64,000 nt of DNA from an uncultured delta proteobacterium (GCA_963832165.1 CAWHTE010000007.1:832001-896000); one strand, 5' to 3'. Positions 9,612 through 20,263 are shown, numbered from the stretch's first letter. The notes: generated from the sequence alone by a model not told the origin. A program made the numbers and translations.

Positions 9612-11030
9612 GTGAGCGCTCCCGCGAACGTGATCGAATCGCTCGATCGGGGCATCGACGCGGCGATCGACGACCTCACGGCGCTCGCACGGATCCCGTC
9701 CGTGTCGGCGCCCGGGTTCGACGCCGCGCACGTCGCGCGCTGCGCACAGGCGACCGCGGAGCTTCTCGCAAAGAGCGGCCTCGAGCGCGTCGAGATCCTC
9801 ACGCTTCCGGGTGCGCACCCGTACGTGGTGGCCGAGTGGCTCCACGCCGGTCCCGATGCGCCGACGGTCCTCGTCTACGCGCACCACGACGTGCAGCCGC
9901 CCGGTCGCGAGAGCTACTGGCACTCGCCGCCGTTCGAACCGACCCGGCGCGGAGATGGGCGCCTCTACGGCCGCGGCGTGGTCGACGACAAGGCGGGCGT
10001 GTTGCTGCACCTCGCCGCGCAGCGCGCGTGGCTTTCGGCTGCCGGCGCGCTGCCCGTCAACGTGAAGTGGATCGTCGAAGGAGAGGAGGAGATCGGCTCC
10101 GAGCATCTCGCCGAATTCCTGCGCACGCACCGCGCGCGCCTCGACTGCGACGTGCTCGTGCTCTCGGACACCGCGAATCTCGAAACGGGCATTCCGTCGC
10201 TCACGACGAGTCTGCGCGGGATCGTGCAGGTCGACGTCACCGTGCGCGCGCTCGATCACCCGATCCACAGCGGCATGTGGGGCGGTCCGGTGCCAGACGC
10301 CGCCACCGCGTTGACCTCGCTGCTCGCGCGCCTCGTCGACGAGCGCGGCGCGATCGCGGTGCCGGGCATCTACGACGACGTGCCGGAGCTCTCCGCGCCG
10401 GAGCGCGAGTCGATCGCGGCGCTGCCGTTCGACGCGGCCGCGTTCCGCCGCGACGCGGGCATGGACGCCCGCACCGCATTCATCGGCGAGAGCGACCGCA
10501 CGATCTACGAGCGCCTCTGGCATCGCCCCTCGCTCGCGTTGACCGCGCTCGAGGGCATGCCGCTCGCCACGGCAGCGAATCAGCTGATGGCCGAGGCGCG
10601 CGCGCGGATCGGGGTGCGCGTCGCGCCGGGGCAGAACCCGCAGCGCGCCGCGGAGCTCGTTGCCGAGTTCGTGAAGCGCGATCCGCCGGCGGGCGTGCGC
10701 GTGGAGACCTCGGTCCCTGCAGCCGTGGCGGGCTGGAAGACGCGCGCGGACGGGCCCGCCTTCGACGCCGCGCGCCGCGCACTGCGCGAGGGCTACGGGC
10801 GCGAGGCGGTCGTGATCGGCTGCGGCGGCTCGATCCCGTTCGTGGGTCCGTTCGTCGAGGTGCTGGGCGGGGTACCCGCGTTGCTCCTGGGGCTCGAAGA
10901 TCCGCCCTGCAATGCCCACGGGGAGAACGAGAGCCTGGATCTCGCCGACTTCCGCAAGGCCGCACATAGCTCGGCACACCTGCTCGCCGAGCTCTGCACA
11001 CTCCCGCGCGCGCGCGGCGCGCGCCGCTAG
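9612..11030 (+). CDS. M20 family metallopeptidase (CNDP2-like dipeptidase)
   Basis: [44 protein letters not shown]. Confidence 0.9.
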   Translation: MSAPANVIESLDRGIDAAIDDLTALARIPSVSAPGFDAAHVARCAQATAELLAKSGLERVEILTLPGAHPYVVAEWLHAGPDAPTVLVYAHHDVQPPGRESYWHSPPFEPTRRGDGRLYGRGVVDDKAGVLLHLAAQRAWLSAAGALPVNVKWIVEGEEEIGSEHLAEFLRTHRARLDCDVLVLSDTANLETGIPSLTTSLRGIVQVDVTVRALDHPIHSGMWGGPVPDAATALTSLLARLVDERGAIAVPGIYDDVPELSAPERESIAALPFDAAAFRRDAGMDARTAFIGESDRTIYERLWHRPSLALTALEGMPLATAANQLMAEARARIGVRVAPGQNPQRAAELVAEFVKRDPPAGVRVETSVPAAVAGWKTRADGPAFDAARRALREGYGREAVVIGCGGSIPFVGPFVEVLGGVPALLLGLEDPPCNAHGENESLDLADFRKAAHSSAHLLAELCTLPRARGARR

Positions 11031-11065
11031 ACCGCTATCTTCGCCCGACAAGGAGATCCCCCAGA

Positions 11066-13341
11066 ATGCCCGCGATCGAGACCACCCCCGCATTGGTCGC
11101 GCGTGTCTACGAGACCCTCGCGCGCAACGTCGCTGCGGTTCGCAAGCGGTTGAACCGCCCACTGACCTACGCCGAGAAGATCTTCTACGGCCATCTCGAC
11201 GATCCCGCGTCGGCCGAGCTCGTTGCCGGCGCGAGCTATGTCGGGCTCCATCCCGATCGCGTCGCGATGCAGGACGCCACCGCGCAGATGGCGGTCTTGC
11301 AGTTCATGCTCGCGGGCAAGAGCGAGACCGCGGTGCCCACCACCGTGCACTGCGACCACCTGATCCAGGCCTACGTCGGCGCCGAGGCCGACATGAAGAC
11401 CGCGCGCACCACCAACGCCGAGGTATACGAGTTCCTGCGCAGCGCATCCGCGCGCTATGGGATCGGATTCTGGGGCCCGGGCGCCGGCATCATCCACCAG
11501 GTGGTACTCGAGAACTACGCGTTCCCGGGCGGCATGATGATCGGCACCGATTCGCACACGCCCAACGCGGGCGGCCTCGGCATGTTCGCGTGCGGAGTCG
11601 GCGGCGCAGATGCGGTCGACGTGATGGCGGGCTTCGCGTGGGAGGTGCTGCATCCGAAGTTCGTCGGCGTGCGCCTCACGGGCAAGCTCTCGGGATGGAC
11701 GGCGCCCAAGGACGTGATCTTGAAGGTCTGCGAGATCCTGACCGTGCAGGGCGGAACGAACCGCGTGATCGAGTACTTCGGCCCCGGCGCGCGCACGATC
11801 AGCTGCACCGGCAAGGGCACGATCACGAACATGGGTGCCGAGCTGGGCGCGACCACTTCCGTCTTCCCCTACGACGAGCGGATGGCCACGTACCTCAAGG
11901 CGACCGGGCGCGAGGAGCTCGCGGATCTCGCCAACCGGCACGCCGAGATGCTGCGTGCAGATCCCGAGGTGGAGTCCGATCCCGCGCGCTTCTTCGACGA
12001 GGTGGTCGAGATCGATCTCTCGACGCTCGAGCCCCACGTCGTGGGCCCGCACACGCCCGACCTCGCACGTCCGGTCTCGCGCATGGCGCGCGATGCGCGC
12101 GAGAACGGGTATCCGCTCCAGCTCACGTCCGCGCTGATCGGGAGCTGCACGAACTCCTCGTACGAGGATCTCGAGCGCGCCGCGGACGTCGCACGGCAGG
12201 CGATCGCACAGGGCGCGCGCGCGAAGACGAAGCTCTGGGTGACGCCCGGCTCCGAGCAGATCCACCAGACGATCCGGCGCGACGGTCAGATGGCCGACTT
12301 CGAGGCGATCGGCGGGCTCGTGCTCGCGAACGCGTGCGGGCCGTGCATCGGGCAGTGGAAGCGCGACGACGTGGCCGAGGGCGAAGAGAACTCGATCATC
12401 AACTCCTACAACCGCAACTTCCGCAAGCGCAACGACGGCAACAGCGGCACCTCCTCGTTCATCGCGAGCCCCGAGATCGTGGTGGCCTATGCGCTCGCGG
12501 GCACGCTCGACGTTCGATCCGCTCGCCGACGCGATCGAGGGCGAGCGCGGCGCGTTCAAGCTCAACCCGCCCGCGCCGGCGCCCGAGATCCCGCGCAACG
12601 GGTTCGTTGCGAGCCGGCTCGGCTACGAGGATCCGCCCAAGGATCCCGCGCGCGTGAAGGTGAGCGTCGATCCGAACAGCGATCGGCTGCAGCTGCTCGA
12701 GCCGTTCGAGCCCTGGCACGGCGGCGACTTCGAGCGCCTGCCGCTGCTCGTGAAGGCGAAGGGGAAGTGCACCACCGACCACATCTCGCCGGCCGGGAAG
12801 TGGCTCACCTACCGCGGTCACCTCGAGAACATCAGCGACAACATGCTCTCCGGTGCGGTCAACGCATTCACGGGTGACGCGGGTACGGGCACCGATCCGC
12901 TCTCGGGCGCGCACGGCGTGCCGATCTCGAAGATCGCGCGTCACTTCAAGGCCGAGGGGCTGCGCTGGGTGGTCGTCGGCGACGAGAACTACGGCGAGGG
13001 CTCGAGCCGCGAGCACGCGGCGATGTCGCCGCGCCTGCTCGGCGCCGCGGCCGTGCTCGTGCGCAGCTTCGCGCGGATTCACGAGACCAACCTGAAGAAG
13101 CAGGGCGTGCTGCCGCTCACGTTCCAGAATCCCGCGGACTACGAGCGCGTTGCCGAAGGAGACCGCATCAGCATTCGGGGCCTCGTCGAATCTCGCACCC
13201 GGGAAGCCGCTGACCGTGGTGCTGCACCACGCCGACGGAACAGAGGAGTCGTGCGCGGCGCAGCACACGCTGAACGCCGAGCAGATCGCGTGGTTCCGCG
13301 CCGGCTCGGCGCTGAACCTGCTCCGGAGGGGTCGTAACTAG
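11066..13341 (+). CDS. acnA: Aconitate hydratase (mitochondrial-like type), interrupted by two +1 indels (sequencing error or pseudogene)
   Basis: [45 protein letters not shown] in first frame; [32 protein letters not shown] in second frame; [12 protein letters not shown] in third frame. Confidence 0.9.
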
Positions 13342-13359
13342 CGTCGGTCGGAGCTGAAA

Positions 13360-14283
13360 GTGCCGCGGACGCTCGTGATCGTGAACCCGCACAGCGCCGG
13401 AGGCGCTACGCGTCGGCGCTGGCGCGCGCTCGAGCCGCGCGTGCGCGACGCACTCGGCGCGGTCGAGATCGAACACACGCGCGCCGCGCGCGACGCGGAG
13501 CGGCTCGCACGCGAAGCGGTGCGCGCGGGGATCGAGCGCGTGGTGGTGGCGGGCGGCGACGGCACGCTCGCGGAGGTGGCCACGGGTCTCTTGCGCGCGC
13601 AGCTCGGCGGCTACGCCGAGCTCGGCGTGCTGCCGATGGGCACCGGCTGCGACTTCGCGCGCACGCTCGGCGTGCCGCGCGATCCCGACGCTGCGCTCGA
13701 GGTGCTGCGGACCGGCAAGGGCCGGCGCATCGATGCGGGACACGCGCACTACATCGGCCGCGACGGTGCACCGGCCGACTCCTACTTCCTGAACGTGGCG
13801 AGCTTTGGCGTGTCCAGCCTCGTCGTGGAGCTCGCGCAGCGCCACGCGCGCTGGCTCGGTGGAACGACCGCGTTCGCGGTCGCGACCGTGCTCGCGCTGC
13901 TTCGCCACCGCAACGCGCGCGTCGCGCTGCGCGTGGACGGCGCTCTCGCGCTCGATGCGTACGTCGCGCTCGGAGCCGCTGCGAATGGACGCCAGTTCGG
14001 CGGCGGCATGCAGATCGCGCCCGACGCGCGGCTCGACGACGGTCGCCTCGATGTGGTGTGGGTCGCGAATACGAGCGCGCTCCAGCTGATCCCCAAGCTG
14101 CCCAAGCTCTATCGCGGCACGCACCTGGCCGATCCGGTCGTGGGCACGCGGCGCGGCCGGCGGATCGAGGCCGACGCGGCGCCCGGGGCCGTTCTGCTCG
14201 AACTCGATGGCGAGCCGATCGGTTCTCTGCCGGCGCAGATCGAGGTCGTGCCGGACGCGCTCTCGGTGGTCGGGCCGGCGTGA
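13360..14283 (+). CDS. Diacylglycerol/sphingosine kinase family lipid kinase (YegS/DAGK-like)
   Basis: NPHSAGG, AGGDGT, LPMGTGCDF, FGGGM.IAPDA.LDDG.LD, LDGE. Confidence 0.9.
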   Translation: MPRTLVIVNPHSAGGATRRRWRALEPRVRDALGAVEIEHTRAARDAERLAREAVRAGIERVVVAGGDGTLAEVATGLLRAQLGGYAELGVLPMGTGCDFARTLGVPRDPDAALEVLRTGKGRRIDAGHAHYIGRDGAPADSYFLNVASFGVSSLVVELAQRHARWLGGTTAFAVATVLALLRHRNARVALRVDGALALDAYVALGAAANGRQFGGGMQIAPDARLDDGRLDVVWVANTSALQLIPKLPKLYRGTHLADPVVGTRRGRRIEADAAPGAVLLELDGEPIGSLPAQIEVVPDALSVVGPA

Positions 14284-15236
14284 GCGATCTGCTCGAGTCG
14301 GTGCGCGCGGCGTGCGCGCGCGTCGCCGAGCTCGCGCGTTTCGTCTCGATCGACGATCTGGGGCTCGAGCACTGGGTGGACGCCAAGCGCGATCTCGTGG
14401 CCGTCGCGAGCGCAGACCCCGCACACCAGCACTTCGACGATCCCGCTACGACGCTCGCCTACGTCGTGACGCTCGACGCGATCAACTTCGGCTCGGGCTG
14501 GTTCCCGGAGCTGGTCAAGCGCCCGGGCATGTCGGGCTATTTCACGGTGGCGACCAGCCTGCGCGAGCAGTTCGCGCGCGCGGGCGCGTGGACCGCGGCC
14601 GACCTCGCGCGGATCGACGCGGATCACTGCGCCGACCTGTTCGGCCAGCGCGGGAACGGCGCCGTGCGCGAGCTCATGGAGCTGTTCGCGCGCGCGCTGA
14701 ACGATCTCGGCGCGTGGCTCGACGCGCGCCACGGCGGCTCGTTCGCGCGAGCGGTACAGGCCGCGGGTGGCAGCGCGGAGCGCCTCGCCGCGTCGCTGGC
14801 CGAGATGCCGCTGTATCGCGACGTAGCGCGTTATGCCGGCTTCGAGGTCCCGCTGTACAAGCGCGCGCAGCTCACCGCGGCCGATCTCGCGGCCGCGTTC
14901 GGCGGCCGAGGCTGCGGCGAGTTCCGCGATCTCGGCGATCTCACGATCTTCGCGGACAACCTGGTCCCCCACGTGCTGCGCCGCGAGGGGGTGCTCCGCT
15001 ACGACCCCGACCTCGCCGCGCGCATCGACCGCGGGGAGCTCGTGCCCGCGGGCTCGCCCGAGGAGGTGGAGATCCGCGCGGTCGCTCTGCATGCGGTCGA
15101 GCGCGCCGTCCGCGCGCTGCGCGAGCGAGGGGTCGACGCGAGCGCGCAGCGGCTCGACTATCTGCTCTGGCATCGCGGTCAGCAGCCGGAGATCAAGGCC
15201 CATCCCCGGCACCGCACGCGGTGCCCGTACTATTGA
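14280..15236 (+). CDS. Queuosine salvage nucleotide N-glycosylase (Qng1/DUF2419 family)
   Basis: LDAINFGSGW, LYKRAQL, LTIFADNLVPHVLR..GVL.Y, EVEIRA, LDYLLW, HRTRCPYY C-terminus. Confidence 0.8.
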   Translation: MSDLLESVRAACARVAELARFVSIDDLGLEHWVDAKRDLVAVASADPAHQHFDDPATTLAYVVTLDAINFGSGWFPELVKRPGMSGYFTVATSLREQFARAGAWTAADLARIDADHCADLFGQRGNGAVRELMELFARALNDLGAWLDARHGGSFARAVQAAGGSAERLAASLAEMPLYRDVARYAGFEVPLYKRAQLTAADLAAAFGGRGCGEFRDLGDLTIFADNLVPHVLRREGVLRYDPDLAARIDRGELVPAGSPEEVEIRAVALHAVERAVRALRERGVDASAQRLDYLLWHRGQQPEIKAHPRHRTRCPYY

Positions 15237-15757
15237 TGGGAACGAAGGTGGTGCGACGGCGCGTGTTCGACGGGACCCTGATCATGCTGATCGCCGTGCT
15301 GGCTGCGGTGTCCGCGGCCGCGTACTGGCGCGGCGGCAACCAACTCGTGGCAGAGGGGTTCTCTTCGGGGTGGAACCAGCTCGTGCGCTTCGGCCCGATG
15401 ATCGTGGTGTCGTTCCTCGCCGCGGGCTTCGCCGATCTGTTGATTCCGCCCGCTTGGGTGCGCGAGCACCTCGGCGCCGACTCGGGATTGCGCGGGATCG
15501 CGCTCGCCACGGGCGTCGGCATCGTCACGCCCGCGGGTCCGTTCGTGTCGATGCCGATCGCGGCCGCGATGATCCGCACGGGCGCGGGCGCGGGTCCCGT
15601 GGTGGCGTTCCTGTCCTCGTGGTCGCTGCTCGCGGTACACCGGTTGGTGGCGTGGGAAGTCCCGATCCTGGGCTGGCGCTTCGCGCTCCTGCGCTTTGCC
15701 ATCTGCGCAGCGCTGCCGCTCGTTGCGGGCTTCGCCGCGCGAGCGTTGAGTCGTTAG
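15236..15757 (+). CDS. Small permease (DUF318/ArsP-like)
   Basis: Hydrophobic; LIPPAWVREHLG, G.VTPAGPFVSMPIA, GAGAGPVVAFL; TGATG coupling to Qng1 gene. Confidence 0.75.
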   Translation: MGTKVVRRRVFDGTLIMLIAVLAAVSAAAYWRGGNQLVAEGFSSGWNQLVRFGPMIVVSFLAAGFADLLIPPAWVREHLGADSGLRGIALATGVGIVTPAGPFVSMPIAAAMIRTGAGAGPVVAFLSSWSLLAVHRLVAWEVPILGWRFALLRFAICAALPLVAGFAARALSR

Positions 15758-15784
15758 TCGTGAAGCGCGGTCGTCTGGCGTCGA

Positions 15785-16138
15785 GTGCAGCGATCTGTGG
15801 CTCTGGTCGCCGCGGCCACGCTGGGTTGTGGCGGAGAGGCGCTGTGCGAGAACACGTCGCCCGTCGAGATCCCGTCTCCGGACGGCCAGCTCGGGGCCTG
15901 GGTCTTCATCCGGCGCTGTGGCCCGACCACCGCGAGCTCGGTTCAGGTGACCATCCTGCCGGCCGGCTCCACCGCGCCCGCCGAAGCCGGCAATGTGTTC
16001 GCGATCGAGCCCGTGACCGGCGTCTCCGTGAAATGGCCGGCGAATCGCGAGCTGCTGATCTCGCGCGCGCCTGGCGGCACCGTGTCGAAACAGGAGCCGC
16101 GGGTCTCGGACGTCACGATCACCTATCGACTCGAGTAG
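15785..16138 (+). CDS. Hypothetical exported protein/lipoprotein
   Basis: Lipobox-like TLGC; C..SPDG..F.R.CG.TT pattern; fills the gap between neighbours. Confidence 0.6.
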   Translation: MQRSVALVAAATLGCGGEALCENTSPVEIPSPDGQLGAWVFIRRCGPTTASSVQVTILPAGSTAPAEAGNVFAIEPVTGVSVKWPANRELLISRAPGGTVSKQEPRVSDVTITYRLE

Positions 16139-17465
16139 GAGCCGGCTTCGCGGAGACGGTCGTACACGCCGCGATCGCGTCGGCGAGCGCATCGCGGCGC
16201 CCTGCGTCGAGGTAGGGCGCGCGCAGTGCGTCGCCCGCGGCGACGCGCACGGCGGCCGCGTCGAGGTTGGGCGGCAGCGCGAGCAGCAGGCGCGCGGTGC
16301 GCTCGCCGATCCGCAGGAGACTCGGGCGCAGCTCGCGATCGAGATCGGGGAGCGCTTCGGGGTGGTAGCTCGGGTCCTTCGTGGCCTGGAGCTGCACGAA
16401 GCGCGCGGCCTCGAACTGGGCCTCGAACAGCGCGCGCACGCGCGTGTCGGGAGGCGGCGTGCGGCCAGTGCGCTTCGCCTCCGCGCGCAGGTCGGCGAGC
16501 GCTTTGTCGATCACGAGCGCCTCGCGCTCGGGCACCACGAGCGGGACGCCGTCGCGGCGCTTCACGACGCCCACGAGCGGCATCAGCGCGAGCCGCTCGT
16601 CGAGCGCCGCGAGCAGCGCACGCAGCGGCTCCGCGGTCCGCGCAGTCGGGGCTCCGAGCCATCGTTCGCGGAGCGCCGCGAGCGTGCCATCGGCTTCGCG
16701 CGCGAGCAGCCACGTGTCGAAGTCGGCGGCGAGCTCGGGCAGGTCGGCGCGCACGAGCCACGCCTTGCGGTCGCGCGAGAGCGGGCCGATCCGCGCGAGC
16801 GGCTGATCGACGCGCTTCTCCCAGAGCGGTGCCTCCGCGCCGTCGGTCACCACCGCGTCGACGCGCTCTTCGATCAAAAGCTCGATCACGGCCTCGTTCT
16901 TGGGAACCGTGATCAGCGTCGCATTGGGAAAGCTCGCGCGCGCCACCTGCTCGAGATGGCCGCCGCGGTTCACGGCGATCCGGATCTGCGGGCGGTCGAG
17001 CGTGGACGAGCCACCCCAGCGCTCGGGCGTCCGCGCGAGCGCGAACGCTTCGGTCTCGGCGACGGCCACCGCGAAGCGACCCGCCGCCGACCGCTCGGGC
17101 CGCACCGTGATCCCGGAAGCGGCCACGTCGAAGCTCCCGGCTGCGAGCTCGGCGACCAGCTGCGGCCAGCGGAAGCGCACGAAGCGGAGCTCGCGGCCGC
17201 GCTCGGCGGCCCAGGCGCGCAACAGCGCCACGTCGAACCCCTCGGGCTCGGCGCGGTCGTTCCGCGCGTGGCTGAACGGCGCGTAGTCCCCGCTCGTGCC
17301 CACCCGGAGCGCGACCGCGGGGTCGGCGGCCGCCGCCGCAGCGGCGAGCCACAGCGCGGCCAGGAGGGCCAGGACGCGCCCGGGCCGAGCGCCCCCGGGC
17401 GGTTTGACCGACTTTGCCCCATCCCCTAACCTGCGGCTCTTCCTGCGTTTCCGGCAATTGTGCAC
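16119..17465 (-). CDS. Exported cyclohexadienyl dehydratase (PheC-like SBP fold) fused to AroQ chorismate mutase; start uncertain
   Basis: Signal peptide VLALLAALWLAAAAAA-DP; LRVGTSGDYAPFS, SGITV.PER, VN.GG (PheC-like); C-terminal LDERLALM..V..VK, ERE, Q.EAARFVQ, LRP.L (AroQ-like). Confidence 0.75.
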   Translation of the reverse strand: MHNCRKRRKSRRLGDGAKSVKPPGGARPGRVLALLAALWLAAAAAAADPAVALRVGTSGDYAPFSHARNDRAEPEGFDVALLRAWAAERGRELRFVRFRWPQLVAELAAGSFDVAASGITVRPERSAAGRFAVAVAETEAFALARTPERWGGSSTLDRPQIRIAVNRGGHLEQVARASFPNATLITVPKNEAVIELLIEERVDAVVTDGAEAPLWEKRVDQPLARIGPLSRDRKAWLVRADLPELAADFDTWLLAREADGTLAALRERWLGAPTARTAEPLRALLAALDERLALMPLVGVVKRRDGVPLVVPEREALVIDKALADLRAEAKRTGRTPPPDTRVRALFEAQFEAARFVQLQATKDPSYHPEALPDLDRELRPSLLRIGERTARLLLALPPNLDAAAVRVAAGDALRAPYLDAGRRDALADAIAACTTVSAKPAPTRVDR

Positions 17466-17579
17466 GGCGCTACGGAACCCGAGACCCGCAATCGGTGTCC
17501 GCCCTGCCAGCCCGCAAGCGGGCCGGACCGAGACGAGTCGAGTTCGGCGGATTCCGTTGGGAAGGGTGGAGGCGCTGCC

Positions 17580-18077
17580 ATGTTGTCGATCGAAGACGTC
17601 GAATCTGGCTCGAACGTCGTCCACAAGAACACGGGCCTGCGCTACGCGGTCGTCGACGTCAGCGACACCGAGGTGCTGCTTTCGCCGGAATCCGACGCGA
17701 CGATGCAGGACCTGATGGTTCCGGTCGATCTCTTCCTGGCCGAGTTCATCGAGGGCGATCGCTACAGCGCGCCGCGGCGCACCGGCAGCGGCCGCGGTCG
17801 CGGCGCCCGGCGCCCTCCGCAGCAGCGCGCGACACCGAGCGGCCCGAAGGTGCGCGGCCGGGTGAAGAAGCTGGTGCCCGATCGGGGCTTCGGCTTCGTG
17901 CGCGGCGACGATGGCAAGGAAGTCTTCTTTCATCGCTCCGGCCTCGGCGCGAACGACTACGACGCGCTGTCCGAGGGTGACATCGTCGAGTACGTGGTGC
18001 AGGAAGGTCCGCGCGGCCCGCGCGCCGAGAACGTGAAGGCGGTCGGCGCCGACGGGGTCGCGACGACCAGCCCGTAG
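17580..18077 (+). CDS. Cold-shock domain protein with N-terminal extra domain
   Basis: GRVKK...RGFGFV (RNP1), VFFH (RNP2), L.EG..VEY....GPRGPRAENV; GGAGG SD before ATG 17580. Confidence 0.85.
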   Translation: MLSIEDVESGSNVVHKNTGLRYAVVDVSDTEVLLSPESDATMQDLMVPVDLFLAEFIEGDRYSAPRRTGSGRGRGARRPPQQRATPSGPKVRGRVKKLVPDRGFGFVRGDDGKEVFFHRSGLGANDYDALSEGDIVEYVVQEGPRGPRAENVKAVGADGVATTSP

Positions 18078-18083
18078 CCCCGC

Positions 18084-19730
18084 TCATTGGTAGCGGTGCA
18101 CGATCGGGAGCCGTCTCCCGCTGCCGAACGCCTTGGTCGAAGTGCGCAGCACGAGCGGCGTCTGGCGCCGCTTGTACTCGTTGCGGTCGAGGCGCGATAC
18201 GACCTGCTCCACGAGCTTGCGGTCGGCGCCCGGCGGCGGCTGGATCGCCGCCGCGCCGAGCCCGCCCTCGATCGCCTGGGCGAGGATCGCATCGAGCACG
18301 GGGTACTCGGGCAGATCGTCGCTGTCGAACTGATCCGGTGCGAGCTCCGCGGACGGCTCCTTCTCGATACTGCGCGCGGGAATCCGCTCGCTGCCCGCGA
18401 GCGCGTTCGCGCGCCGCGCGATCGCGTACACGTCGTGCTTGTAGACGTCGCCGAGCACGGCGAGCCCGCCCACGGTGTCGCCGTAGAGCGTGCAGTAGCC
18501 GACCGAGAGCTCGCTCTTGTTGCCCGTCGCGAGCACGAGGCGCCGCTCCGCATTCGACACCGCCATCAGGATCGCGCCGCGAATGCGCGCCTGGATGTTC
18601 TGCTGCGCGAGGCCGTAGTCGCCGCGCGCGCCGAAGAGCGAGCGGAATACGTCGAGATAGGCGCGGAAGATCGGCTCGATCGGGACCACGCGCGTGTCGA
18701 TGCCGAGATTGCGGCCGAGCGCGAGCGCATCCTCGATGCTGTGCTCGGACGAGAACGGGCTCGGCATCGCCACGCCGAGCACCTGCTCGGGGCCGAGCGC
18801 GGCGACCGCGAGGTGCGCCGTGACCGCCGAATCGATTCCGCCCGAGAGCCCGACCACGGCACCCGGCGGCAAGCCCTGCTTGCCGAAGTAGTCGCGGATT
18901 CCGAGCACGAGGCCCGTCTCGAGCTGCGTGGTGCGGTCGGGCTCGGGCACGGCGTCGGGCGCGAGGCCGGGCTCGGACGCGGGCAGGTCGACCACGCCGA
19001 ACGCGGTGTCGAACAGCGGCAGCACGCAGTGCACGCGACCCGCGGCGTCGGACACGAACGAGCCGCCGTCGAAGATCAGCTCGTCGTTGCCACCGACCTG
19101 GTTCACGAACGCGATCGGGACGCCGTGCTGCGCCGCGAGTCGCGCGATCATGCCGCGCCGCTCGCGCGCCTTGTCGACGTGCCACGGTGAGCAGGACGGA
19201 TTGAGGATCAGGTTGGCGCCGGCGCGTGCGAGCTCGCCGACGGGATCCACCGCGTAGCCCATCGGCTCGACCCAGGTGTCTTCGCAGACGGTGAGACCCA
19301 GAACTGTGTCGCCGTCGCCGAACGGAACGGGCTCGCGCCACTCGGCGGGCGTGAAGTGGCGGCGCTCGTTGAACACGTCGTAGGTCGGCAGATGAGTCTT
19401 CGCGCGCGCGGCGACCTGACGACCACCCGCGAGCAACACGCACGCATTGTGGAACGCGCCGCGCCGGCCCTCGACCGGCAGCACGGCGCCGAGCGCGATC
19501 GCTACCTGGTGGGACGACGCCGCGAGCGTGTCGAGTTCGCGCAGCTGGTCGCGTACGAAGCCGTCGCGCTCGATCAGATCCATCGGCGGGTAGCCCGTGA
19601 GTACCATTTCCGGCGCGACCAGCAGGTCGGCGCGCTCGCTCGCGGCCTTCGCGGCCGCCTCCTCCACGAGCCGGCGGTTGCCCGCGAGATCACCGACGGT
19701 CGGGTTCAGCTGGGCGAGCGCGATGCGCAT
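18084..19730 (-). CDS. nadE: Glutamine-dependent NAD+ synthetase
   Basis: Nitrilase domain (MRIALAQLN, PEM, K, CED) plus GLSGGIDS, NIQARIR, TGNKSE, GYCTLYGD, PSAEL, NEYKRRQ. Confidence 0.95.
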   Translation of the reverse strand: MRIALAQLNPTVGDLAGNRRLVEEAAAKAASERADLLVAPEMVLTGYPPMDLIERDGFVRDQLRELDTLAASSHQVAIALGAVLPVEGRRGAFHNACVLLAGGRQVAARAKTHLPTYDVFNERRHFTPAEWREPVPFGDGDTVLGLTVCEDTWVEPMGYAVDPVGELARAGANLILNPSCSPWHVDKARERRGMIARLAAQHGVPIAFVNQVGGNDELIFDGGSFVSDAAGRVHCVLPLFDTAFGVVDLPASEPGLAPDAVPEPDRTTQLETGLVLGIRDYFGKQGLPPGAVVGLSGGIDSAVTAHLAVAALGPEQVLGVAMPSPFSSEHSIEDALALGRNLGIDTRVVPIEPIFRAYLDVFRSLFGARGDYGLAQQNIQARIRGAILMAVSNAERRLVLATGNKSELSVGYCTLYGDTVGGLAVLGDVYKHDVYAIARRANALAGSERIPARSIEKEPSAELAPDQFDSDDLPEYPVLDAILAQAIEGGLGAAAIQPPPGADRKLVEQVVSRLDRNEYKRRQTPLVLRTSTKAFGSGRRLPIVHRYQ

Positions 19731-19795
19731 GGGGCGAAGATCGGGGCGCGCCGCGACAGCGTCAAGCCAGCTCAGCCGACTTCGTCGTCTGCTCG

Positions 19796-20263
19796 CTACT
19801 CGAAATACGCGTAGTTCACGCGCGCGCGGCACGCGAGCGTTTCGCCGCCCTCCGGCTCGAACCACACGTCGAAGCCGAGGCGACAGCCGTTGCCCGCCAG
19901 CACGCGCGCGCGCGCGAGTCGCGCGCCCATGCGCACGCGCGAGCCCGCCGTCACCGCGGCCGGAAACTCGCAGCGGTCGATACCCGTGTTGATCGCGGTC
20001 GACCAGCCCTGCAAGACGATCAGCTGCGACAGCAGTCCCGGCACGAGCGACAACAGCAGGTATCCGTCGGCGATCGTGCTCTTCCACGGCGATTCGCGCG
20101 AGGCGCGCTCGGCGTCGAGGTGGATCCAACGCGTATCGCCGGTCGCGCGGCCGAATTGCTCGATGCGATTCTGCTCGATCGCGAGCCACTGCGTGGTGCC
20201 GAGCTCGGTGCCCTGGAAATCGGGCGTCGAGGCCATCGACGCGATCACGAGCGGCTTCGCCAT
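19796..20263 (-). CDS. MaoC family (hotdog-fold) dehydratase-like protein
   Basis: IEQF..ATGD.RWIH.D.ERA, TIA.G.L.LSL. Confidence 0.85.
   Translation of the reverse strand: MAKPLVIASMASTPDFQGTELGTTQWLAIEQNRIEQFGRATGDTRWIHLDAERASRESPWKSTIADGYLLLSLVPGLLSQLIVLQGWSTAINTGIDRCEFPAAVTAGSRVRMGARLARARVLAGNGCRLGFDVWFEPEGGETLACRARVNYAYFE

Noticed and set aside
12505..13190. Programmed ribosomal frameshifting in aconitase
   Set aside because: No slippery heptamer or stimulatory structure, and two independent shifts would be required
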